The position numbers and the translations under genes were made by a program. A stretch of 27,365 nucleotides of DNA from Candidatus Krumholzibacteriia bacterium (GTDB lineage Bacteria; Krumholzibacteriota; Krumholzibacteriia; LZORAL124-64-63): assembly GCA_046484865.1 (NCBI GenBank), contig JAWOID010000139.1, positions 1-27,365 of the forward strand, read 5' to 3'. This document shows, piece after piece, positions 8,775-16,508 of this stretch; within the stretch, counting starts at the first letter, position 1, and the number at the start of each line of letters is the position of its first letter. The notes below the pieces were generated by a model, which saw only the letters and a program-made list of their open reading frames with translations, was not told the origin of the DNA and did no database searches.

Positions 8775-10180
8775 TGATCCGCCGTGCCTGCCTCACCCTT
8801 GCCGCGGTGCTGGCGATCGGATTCGCGTTCGCGCCGGAGGTCCCCGCGGCGGCCCAGGACATCCGCGCTGCCGCGCGCCGGGCCGCCGCCGAGCGCGACT
8901 CCGCCCGGGCCGAAGCGCGGCGGGCGGAGGAGGCGATCTTCGAGGATCGCAGTCGGCTGCAGGAGGCGGTGGCGAACCTCGCCGCGCGCGAAGACTCCCT
9001 GCGGGCGCAGACCAGCGCGCTCGAACGCGCCCAGGCCGACACGCGTGCCGAACTCGAGCGCCTGGAGGAGGCGTGGTCCGCGCGCGAGCTGGACGTGCGC
9101 GAGATCAGCGGCAACGTGCGGGTGGCGGCGCGCGACCTGGAATCGCTGCTGAAGGCTTCGCCTCTGAGCGCCACGTGGCCGCAGCGTCTCGAGCGGCTGG
9201 AGCCGCTGCTGCGCGAGGGCTACTTCCCCGGCCTCGACGACATCGCCGTGCTCTCGGGGCTCTACCTGGACGAGATGGCGCGCAGCGGGCAGGTGCTGCG
9301 CGAACCCGGTGCGTACGTGGACCGCGACGGCCGGGAAGCGTCCGGCATCATCTATCACCTGGGCAAGTTCACCACCGTCTTCGAGACGGCCGGCGAGGTG
9401 GGCTTCCTCACCTACGCGCCCGGGAGCCAGACCCTCTACGCGCTCAGCAAGCCGGTGGGCGGCGACTGGCGCCGCATGGTGTCGCAGTACGTCGCGGGCG
9501 AGTCGCCGGTGGCGCCGCTGGATCTGTCGCAGGGAGCGGCGCTGCGGCAGGTGGCGCACCGGCCGTCGTTCCTCGATCAGCTGCGCGCAGGCGGCCCCAT
9601 CGTGTGGCCGATCCTCGCCATCGCGCTGGCGGCGCTGACGATCGTGGTGATGAAGGCGTTCTTCCTGCAGCGCGTGCACCAGAACGCGGACCGTCTGATG
9701 GGGCAGGTGAATGCCCAGGCCGCCCGGGGCGACTGGCCGGCGTGCGCCGAGCTCGTGAAACGGCACGAAGGCCGCAACTCGCCGGTGGTGCACGTCATCA
9801 GGGCCGGACTGCAGGCCCGCGGCGAGCGCCGCGAGACGCTCGAAAGCGTGCTGCAGGAGGCGATCCTGAGCGAGTTGCCGCGACTGCAGCGGGGACTGGC
9901 GGTGCTGGCGGTCCTCGGCGCGGTGGCACCGCTGCTGGGGCTGCTGGGGACGGTGACCGGCATGATCGAGACCTTCCGCGTGATCACGCTCTTCGGCACC
10001 GGCGATCCGCGGCTGATGTCGGGCGGCATCAGCGAGGCGCTCATCACGACCGAGCTGGGCCTGGCGGTGGCCATCCCGATCATGCTGCTGCACACCTTCC
10101 TGGCCCGCCGCGTGGATCACATCATCGGCGAGATGGAAGAGAAGGCGGTGCACCTGACCAACCTGCTGGTGAAGGAGTGA
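8774..10180 (+). CDS. Long MotA/TolQ/ExbB family protein with periplasmic N-terminal region (TtpC-like)
   Basis: Signal peptide and coiled coil, then APLLGLLGTVTGMIETF...GGISEALITTELGL. TGATG overlap with upstream gene. Confidence 0.92.
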   Translation: MIRRACLTLAAVLAIGFAFAPEVPAAAQDIRAAARRAAAERDSARAEARRAEEAIFEDRSRLQEAVANLAAREDSLRAQTSALERAQADTRAELERLEEAWSARELDVREISGNVRVAARDLESLLKASPLSATWPQRLERLEPLLREGYFPGLDDIAVLSGLYLDEMARSGQVLREPGAYVDRDGREASGIIYHLGKFTTVFETAGEVGFLTYAPGSQTLYALSKPVGGDWRRMVSQYVAGESPVAPLDLSQGAALRQVAHRPSFLDQLRAGGPIVWPILAIALAALTIVVMKAFFLQRVHQNADRLMGQVNAQAARGDWPACAELVKRHEGRNSPVVHVIRAGLQARGERRETLESVLQEAILSELPRLQRGLAVLAVLGAVAPLLGLLGTVTGMIETFRVITLFGTGDPRLMSGGISEALITTELGLAVAIPIMLLHTFLARRVDHIIGEMEEKAVHLTNLLVKE

Positions 10181-10564
10181 GTTATTCCACGAAGAATGTT
10201 TCCGGCCCCGGTCCTGCAATCCGGCCGGCATGGACAACCACGAACTCGACGATGCCCGCTGGACACCACCCCACTGCCGTTCGCTTATCTGGAAGTACCG
10301 CAAGCTCTTGCAGCCGGGCTGGCGGTCCAGGCGCATGGACTCGTATCTCCGCCTCCGCGAACCCATCCGTATCCGCAAGTTTCGGGGCATGCGCTGCGGC
10401 GTCACCTTCAGTTCACAGATCCTCGCCCTTTCGCGTCAGGACAACCGAGGGGAGGTCAGGACGAGGGCGCTGAAGGTTAGCCGGCGCCACGAGTTGACCG
10501 AGGCGGCATGAACGGCCAGTTCGGCGTCATGATCAGGAACCGGAAACAATTTCCGTGGAATAAC
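10181..10564. mobile_element. MITE-like / internally deleted IS element (~384 bp) with terminal inverted repeats and target-site duplication
   Basis: Left end GTTATTCCACGAAGAATGTTTCCGG (10181-10205) matches the reverse complement of 10540-10564 (GTTATTCCACGGAAATTGTTTCCGG) at 22/25. Flanked by direct repeat TGAAGGAGTGA (10170-10180 and 10565-10575). More AT-rich than flanks. Confidence 0.9.
10230..10511 (+). pseudogene. Possible degenerate transposase remnant inside the MITE (93 aa)
   Basis: Occupies most of the space between the IRs; PPHC...RKFRGMRCGVTFS resembles a decayed zinc ribbon; too short for a catalytic domain. Confidence 0.45.
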
Positions 10565-10581
10565 TGAAGGAGTGAGCGACG

Positions 10582-11268
10582 GTGCTGCCGATCCTGGCCG
10601 AGCGCACACTCGAGTACCTCCGGCAAGGCGGCTGGGTGATGGCGCCGCTGGTGGTCGTGTCCGTGGTGATGTGGACGCTGATCATCGACCGCGCCCGGGC
10701 GCTGCGTCTCCTGCGCCGACACGACGTCGATCTCGCGGGCGCGCTGGACGCGCTGCGCGCGGGGCGCACCGGCCCGGGCGAGGGCCTGCGTGCGCGGCTG
10801 GTGCGGGAGTTCCTGCTCGTGCGCCTCGGCCGGCCGGCCGCTGATCGGGCGGCCCTGCGCGCCTGCGCCGGCCGCCTGCGCCGGGACCTCGATCGCCACC
10901 TGGCGGCGGTGATGGTGCTGGCCGCGGTGGCGCCCCTGCTCGGTCTGCTGGGCACGGTGCTGGGCATGATCGAGACCTTCGACGTGATATCGGTGTTCGG
11001 CACCGGCAACGCGCGCGCGATGGCCGGCGGCATCTCCGTGGCCCTGGTCACCACCCAGACGGGGCTGCTCGTGGCCATTCCCGGGTTCTTCCTGGGGGGG
11101 CGGCTCAGGAGCATGGCGGCGACCCTGGCGCTGCGTCTGGACGAGGTCACCGCCGTGCTGGAGCGGCACGTGCACGAAGCGGCCGCGCTGGAGGGAAACG
11201 CCGCCGGCCCTCGCAGCGACCGCCCGGAGCCGGACGGGCATCGTGATGACCCGGGAGATCGGTCGTGA
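10582..11268 (+). CDS. exbB: MotA/TolQ/ExbB proton channel protein
   Basis: GGWVMAPL, APLLGLLGTVLGMIETF, MAGGISVALVTTQTGLLVAIP; GTG start with AAGGAG RBS. Confidence 0.92.
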   Translation: MLPILAERTLEYLRQGGWVMAPLVVVSVVMWTLIIDRARALRLLRRHDVDLAGALDALRAGRTGPGEGLRARLVREFLLVRLGRPAADRAALRACAGRLRRDLDRHLAAVMVLAAVAPLLGLLGTVLGMIETFDVISVFGTGNARAMAGGISVALVTTQTGLLVAIPGFFLGGRLRSMAATLALRLDEVTAVLERHVHEAAALEGNAAGPRSDRPEPDGHRDDPGDRS

Positions 11269-11888
11269 GGGGCCGCGACGCGCTCCTGCTCGCCCCGGCC
11301 TTCGGCCTGGCGATGCTGGTGAACGTCGCGCTGTTCGGGGGTGCCGCCCTGCTCACGGGTGAGCGGCCACTTCCCCGCGACATCACCGAGCCGGTGCCGG
11401 TCAGTCTGGTGAGGCTCCCGGCTCCGGCGGAACGCGAGCGCGAGCGCACGCCGCCGCCACCACCGCCGCCGCGGGAACGACCGCGCCTGGACTTCCAGCC
11501 GGACCTCGTTCCGCCGGTCATGGGCGAGATCTCGCCGCCCGCGCTGGAGGTGCGGGTGGTGCCGCAGCCACTGGGGCCGCTCGGAGTGCCGGACCTGGTG
11601 TTCACCGAGGCCGAACTGGACAGCAGACCACGGCCGGTCGCGCAGCCCGTCGACTACCCGTACCGCGCCCGCCAGCGCGGCACCGAGGGCGAGGTGACCG
11701 TGCGGATGCTCGTCCACGAAGACGGCACGGTTTCCGACGTGCAGATCCTCGAGTCGCGGCCGCCCGGCGTGTTCGACCAGGCGGTGCTGCGGTCGGTCCC
11801 GCGCTGGCGGTTCGAACCCGGACGCATCGACGGCGAGAACGTGGCCAGCCGCGTCGTCACCACCATCAGCTTCATGATCGAACGATGA
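11265..11888 (+). CDS. tonB: Energy transducer TonB
   Basis: N-terminal TM, PPPPPP linker, YPYRARQRGTEGEVTVRMLV..DGTV and FDQAVLRSVPRWRFEPG C-domain. GTGA overlap with exbB. Confidence 0.92.
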   Translation: MRGRDALLLAPAFGLAMLVNVALFGGAALLTGERPLPRDITEPVPVSLVRLPAPAERERERTPPPPPPPRERPRLDFQPDLVPPVMGEISPPALEVRVVPQPLGPLGVPDLVFTEAELDSRPRPVAQPVDYPYRARQRGTEGEVTVRMLVHEDGTVSDVQILESRPPGVFDQAVLRSVPRWRFEPGRIDGENVASRVVTTISFMIER

Positions 11889-13471
11889 GACGGCTCGTCG
11901 ACCCCCGCGGATTCGCCGGGACCGCGCTGCGCGCGCTGCGCGCGCCGCGGGTATCGGTCACGTCGCTGGTCCTGCTCGCACCGGCCGGACCGCTCGCACC
12001 GGCCGTACTGCTCGCACCGGCCGTACTGCTCGCACCGGCCGTACTGCTCGCGCTGGGCGTGCTGTTCGCACCCTTCGCGCTGCTCGCGCCCGGCGCCGCG
12101 GCTGCGGCGGCGGCGACGCCGGAGCGCGTGTCCGTCGGGTCGCGACTCGCGCTGGTCACCGCCGCGGCAGCCACCCCGACGGTCGAGGACGCGTCCGCGC
12201 CGGAGCCCCCGCGACGCAGCCTGGCCGAGGTGCTCGACTTCGCCGCGGCGCCGCCTGCGGTCCGCCGCCTGCTGTTCCGGGTTCAGACCCTCCGGGCGCG
12301 AGACCGTGGCGACGAGGCGCTGTCGGTGCTGCGGGAGTCCGTGGCGCGGTCGGCGCCGGCGGCAGCGGACACGGCCCGGGCCGGGGTCATGCAGGGGAAC
12401 GAAGGCAGGTCCGGAGCGGCCGATCACCCGCTGGTCCGCTACTTCCTGGGGCAGTTGCTGCTCGAGACTGGTGCGACAGCGGACGCGTTGCCGCACCTGC
12501 GCGCCGCGACCCGGAGCGATCCCGAGCTGTGGCCCGCCTGGCGGGCGCTGGGCGAGGCGGCCTGGGCGGAGCAGAGCTATCGTGACGCAGCCGAGGCGTT
12601 CCTTGCTGCCCATCGCCTGCAGCCGGATCCTCCAGCCGAACTGCTGCACTACGCGGCCGCGGGCTTCCTGGAGGCCGGCGAGCCGCAGCGGGCCGTGCCG
12701 CTGGCCACGGAGCTGGTCTCGGGAGAGCACGGCCCCCCGACCCTGCCGTGGTACCGCACCGTCGTGGCGGCGGCGCTGGCCGCGAAGCGGCCGGAGCTGG
12801 CCACGCCCGTCGCCGGCGACCTGGTGCGCCGGTTTCCGGAGGAGCCGCAGGCGTGGGACCTGGCGCACCGGCAAGCGGCCGCCGCGGGCGACCTCGAGCG
12901 CGCCGCCGCCATGCTCGAGGCCCGCGGCTACCTCGAACCGCTGTCGCGCGCCGAGCGGCTGCGGCTGGCCGATCTCTACGCAGCCGTCGGCGTTCCGGCG
13001 GAGGCGGCCCGGCATTACGCGCGAGCCCTGGCCGACTCGGCGTCGTTGCCCGAACTGCAGCGCCTGGCATCGGCGTACCTGGCCGCGCATCGGCCGGACA
13101 GCGCCCTCGCGGTGATCGAACGCGCACTGGAGGCCGCGCCCGCCGCCGGGGCGCCGGGCGGGGCCGACCAGGACCGCGACGCGCCGGTCGCCGCCGCGCC
13201 GGGCGAAGCCGACGCCGCGGCCGTCGCGCGGCTGTGGTCGCTGGCCGGCGACGTGCACTTCGCGCAGCAGCAGCATGCGGAGGCCCTGGCGGCGTTCGCG
13301 CGCGCCGCCGAACTGGATCCGGCGCGGGGACACGCGCGGCTCATGATGGGATACGCCGCCTGGGAGCTGGGGCGGCGAGAAGAGGCGGTGGCGCACCTGC
13401 GCGCGGCCGTTGGCACCGACGAGACCGAGGCGGCGCGGCGTGCCCTGCGCAGCCTCGGCGCCGAGGAGTGA
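11885..13471 (+). CDS. Tetratricopeptide-repeat protein (TtpD-like position in Ton cluster)
   Basis: Repeated TPR helices (YFLGQLLL, AWRALGEAAW, WSLAGDVHF, LMMGYAAWELG); ATGA overlap with tonB. Exact start uncertain. Confidence 0.85.
   Translation: MRRLVDPRGFAGTALRALRAPRVSVTSLVLLAPAGPLAPAVLLAPAVLLAPAVLLALGVLFAPFALLAPGAAAAAAATPERVSVGSRLALVTAAAATPTVEDASAPEPPRRSLAEVLDFAAAPPAVRRLLFRVQTLRARDRGDEALSVLRESVARSAPAAADTARAGVMQGNEGRSGAADHPLVRYFLGQLLLETGATADALPHLRAATRSDPELWPAWRALGEAAWAEQSYRDAAEAFLAAHRLQPDPPAELLHYAAAGFLEAGEPQRAVPLATELVSGEHGPPTLPWYRTVVAAALAAKRPELATPVAGDLVRRFPEEPQAWDLAHRQAAAAGDLERAAAMLEARGYLEPLSRAERLRLADLYAAVGVPAEAARHYARALADSASLPELQRLASAYLAAHRPDSALAVIERALEAAPAAGAPGGADQDRDAPVAAAPGEADAAAVARLWSLAGDVHFAQQQHAEALAAFARAAELDPARGHARLMMGYAAWELGRREEAVAHLRAAVGTDETEAARRALRSLGAEE
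11975..12082 (+). repeat. 18-bp in-frame tandem repeat (LAPAVL)
   Basis: CTCGCACCGGCCGTACTG exact at 11993, 12011, 12029; degenerate copies at 11975, 12047, 12065. Confidence 0.9.
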
Positions 13472-13478
13472 CGGGCCC

Positions 13479-15377
13479 ATGCCCGAACTGGTGGTCGAGT
13501 TGCAGAAGCCGGCCGTGGTGGTCGCGCTGGCGCTGGCCGTCGGGATGATCGCGCAGACGCTGGCTCTGCACCTGCGGGTCCCGGCCATCGTCGTGCTGCT
13601 GGGCGCCGGCGTCGCGCTCGGGCCCGACGGCCTCGGGCTCCTCCATCCGGACGCGCTCGGCGACCACCTGCACGGCGTCGTCGGCTTCGGCGTCGCCGTG
13701 ATCCTCTTCGAGGGCGGACTCAATCTCCGCTGGAGCCGGATCCGTCACTCGGCCGGCCCCCTGCGTCGGCTGCTCACCATCGGAACGCTCCTCACCGCCG
13801 CCGGCGCGACCGGCGCCACCTGGTGGCTGCTCGACTGGAACCTCGGGGTGGCCGTCGTCTTCGGCGCCCTGATCGTCGTCACCGGACCCACGGTCATCAC
13901 TCCCCTCTTGCGCCGCATCCGCGTGCGGCACCGCGTCGAGACCCTGCTCGAGTCGGAGGGAGTCCTGGTGGACGGGGTGGGTGCGGTGGCGGCCGTGGTG
14001 GCGCTCGAGGTGATCACCGGCCACAGCGACGAGGTGCTGAGCCAGGGCCTGATGGGGCCGCCCGCTCGCCTGGGGACGGGCATCCTGGCCGGAGCCCTGT
14101 GCGGTGGCTTCCTGACCGTGGCGCTGCGCATCCCGCGCCTGGTGCCGTCCGGCCAGGAGAATATCCTGGTGCTGGCGGTCGTGCTGGCCTGTTACCAGGT
14201 GAGCAACGCGCTGGTCTCGGAGTCGGGCGTCGTCGCTGCCATCGCCGCCGGGGTCGTGATGGCCAACATGGGCGTGGTCCGCCTGCGCGAGCTGCAGGAG
14301 TTCAAGGGTCAGCTCACGATCCTGCTGATCGGGCTGCTCTTCGTGCTCCTGGCGGCGGACGTCCGCGTGGCCGAGGTCCGCGATCTGGGCTGGAACGGCC
14401 TGCTGGTGGTCCTGATCCTCGTGGTCGTGGTGCGGCCGCTGGCCGTGTGGCTGTCCTGCTGGGGCGGCGGCCTCGGATGGCGAGACAAGGCGTTCCTCGC
14501 CTGGGTGGCGCCGCGCGGGATCGTGGCGGCGGCGATCGGGTCGCTCTTCGGGGAACGGCTCGCGCCGCAGGGCCTGGCCGGAGGCGACGAGCTGCGGGGC
14601 ATGGTCTTCCTGGTGATCGCCGTGACGGTGGTGGTGCTGGGCGGCACCGCGGAGTACGTGGCGCGCGCGCTGGGGCTGCGGCGACCGCGCGACCAGGGCT
14701 TCGCCATCCTCGGCGCACACGAGTTGCCCCGCCTGCTCGCCGCTCGTCTGCAGGCCGCCGGCGAGCCGGTGGTGCTGCTGGATGCCAACGCCTCCAACCA
14801 CCGGCGGGCGCAGGACGAGGGCTTCACCGCGATCTTCGGCAACCCCCTGGAGGACCGGGTGCTGCTGGCGGCCGGCGTGGAGAGCCGCCGCGCCGTGTAC
14901 GGTCTGCTCAGCAACACCGCCACCAACCTCCTGTTCGCCCGCAAGGCGCTGCAGGACCACCGCGCGCCGGCCGCCGGCGTGGGCATCATGATCGGGGACA
15001 ACGACGTGGAGCCGGAGGCGGTGCGTGCGGCCGGTCTCGACATCCTGTTCGGCCAGCCGTTCGACCTGGAGCAGTGGACGGTGCGCCTGCGCCACGAAGA
15101 CGCCGTGCTCGAGAGCTGGCGCTGGCGCGACGGCGGTCCCGAGGACGACGACCGCAGCGACGAGGTCGACCTGCCCCGCGAGTTGCGCTCGGCGCTGCTG
15201 CCCGTGCTGCACGTGCGGGACGGTCGGGCTCGACCCATCACCCAGAGCACCCGCCTGCGTTCCGGCGACCGGGTGGAGTGGCTGGTGGCGACCGCCCTGC
15301 GTCCGGGCGCCGCGGAATGGCTGGAGAGCACCGGCTGGCGCCCCGTGCCGGCCGAGGACCACCACCACTCGCCGTGA
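13479..15377 (+). CDS. Cation:proton antiporter (CPA1/NhaP-like) with C-terminal RCK/TrkA-N domain
   Basis: Many TM helices, ILFEGGLNL, VTGPTVITPLL, LESEGVLVD, APRGIVAAA; cytoplasmic FAILGAH...VVLLDAN Rossmann-like domain. Confidence 0.9.
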   Translation: MPELVVELQKPAVVVALALAVGMIAQTLALHLRVPAIVVLLGAGVALGPDGLGLLHPDALGDHLHGVVGFGVAVILFEGGLNLRWSRIRHSAGPLRRLLTIGTLLTAAGATGATWWLLDWNLGVAVVFGALIVVTGPTVITPLLRRIRVRHRVETLLESEGVLVDGVGAVAAVVALEVITGHSDEVLSQGLMGPPARLGTGILAGALCGGFLTVALRIPRLVPSGQENILVLAVVLACYQVSNALVSESGVVAAIAAGVVMANMGVVRLRELQEFKGQLTILLIGLLFVLLAADVRVAEVRDLGWNGLLVVLILVVVVRPLAVWLSCWGGGLGWRDKAFLAWVAPRGIVAAAIGSLFGERLAPQGLAGGDELRGMVFLVIAVTVVVLGGTAEYVARALGLRRPRDQGFAILGAHELPRLLAARLQAAGEPVVLLDANASNHRRAQDEGFTAIFGNPLEDRVLLAAGVESRRAVYGLLSNTATNLLFARKALQDHRAPAAGVGIMIGDNDVEPEAVRAAGLDILFGQPFDLEQWTVRLRHEDAVLESWRWRDGGPEDDDRSDEVDLPRELRSALLPVLHVRDGRARPITQSTRLRSGDRVEWLVATALRPGAAEWLESTGWRPVPAEDHHHSP

Positions 15378-15391
15378 ACCGCCGATTTCCC

Positions 15392-15437
15392 TTGATCCTG
15401 CCCGTTCACGCATCTATCTTTGTCTCGACCAAAAGAT
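15392..15437 (+). promoter_or_regulatory. Candidate sigma70 promoter with overlapping imperfect palindrome (putative DtxR-family operator)
   Basis: TTGATC (15392-15397), 17 bp, TATCTT (15415-15420); dyad ATCTTTGTCTC/GACCAAAAGAT at 15416-15437. Confidence 0.6.
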
Positions 15438-15554
15438 TTCGTCCAGCGCCTAGAAGCTTCTGCCGACAAAAGGGGAAGCTCCAGCGGACCGGAGGGGCGC
15501 CGCCGGCGACCCGCGCCGCGGGCGTCAGAAGTGGATCGACGGGGCGAGAAGCCG

Positions 15555-16097
15555 ATGGAAGCGAAGAAGATGGCGACAACCGCGCAGCTCACGGCGAGCC
15601 TCGAGGACTATCTCGAGGCCATCTTCCACATCGTGGAGGACAAGCAGGCGGCGCGCGCCAAGGACATCGTCGAGCGGCTGGGCGTGCACAACAGCTCGGT
15701 GACCCAGGCCCTGCGCTCGCTGTCGGAGAAGGGCCTCGTGAACTACGCGCCCTACGACCTGGTCACCCTCACTCCCGAAGGATCGCGGCTGGCCCGCGAC
15801 GTGGTGAAGCGGCACGAGACGCTCAAGGCCTTCCTCGTGACCGTGCTGGCGCTGGACGACGCTTCGGCGGAGGACGGCGCCTGCAAGATGGAACACGCCA
15901 TCTCCGGTCAGATCCTCGACCGGCTGGTGAAGTTCGTGGAGTACTTCGAGGGCTGCCCGTCGAGCAACGTGTGCTTCGACGAGCAGCTCGGCTACTACTG
16001 CCGGCGCTGCGAGGGGGCCGAGGGCGGCGAGCGCTCCTGCGGGCGGGAGATCTGCCTGCTGCAGCAGGACCTCCGCGAGCGCGAGGAGATGATCTAG
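15555..16097 (+). CDS. DtxR/MntR family metal-dependent repressor with Cys-rich C-terminus
   Basis: SLEDYLEAIF, wHTH ARAKDIVERLGV..SSVTQAL, RHETLKAFL, ACKMEHAIS. Alternative start ATG 15570. Confidence 0.93.
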   Translation: MEAKKMATTAQLTASLEDYLEAIFHIVEDKQAARAKDIVERLGVHNSSVTQALRSLSEKGLVNYAPYDLVTLTPEGSRLARDVVKRHETLKAFLVTVLALDDASAEDGACKMEHAISGQILDRLVKFVEYFEGCPSSNVCFDEQLGYYCRRCEGAEGGERSCGREICLLQQDLREREEMI

Positions 16098-16185
16098 CGC
16101 CATGGCGACCCTCGAGATCTTCCCGCCCCGGGCGGTTGACATCAGCGGGCCGGACCTGACCGGCGGTCCGCGGAGGACGACAACG

Positions 16186-16401
16186 ATGCCTCTGAGCATG
16201 GTGCGACAGGGTACACGGGCCCGCCTGCGCGAGGTGCGGGCCGGGCGCGGGTTGCGCGGCCGCCTGGCCGCGATGGGCCTGGTGCCCGGCTGCGAGATCG
16301 AGGTGCTGCGCAACAGTGGCCGCGGACCGTTCATCGTGGCCGTCCGCGACGCCAGGATCGTCCTGGGGCGCGGCATGGCCATGAAGATCGAGGTCGACTA
16401 G
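16186..16401 (+). CDS. feoA: Ferrous iron transport protein A
   Basis: RLAAMGLVPGCEIEV...GPFIVAVRDARIVLGRGMAMKIEV; GGAGG RBS before ATG 16186 (alternative ATG 16102). Confidence 0.93.
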   Translation: MPLSMVRQGTRARLREVRAGRGLRGRLAAMGLVPGCEIEVLRNSGRGPFIVAVRDARIVLGRGMAMKIEVD

Positions 16402-16508
16402 CCCGCCACCGGAGACCCCAGGCGATTCTTCCGCCGCCGGTCCCGGTGTTCGCATCCCATGACCTGCCACGGCGGCTGCGGGTGCCGGCCGAGCCGGGAG
16501 AATCCCAC

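Noticed and set aside
10196..10480. 94-aa alternative ORF in the MITE as a possible exbD
   Set aside because: No TM helix and no ExbD-type PLIDV motif; starts inside the inverted repeat.
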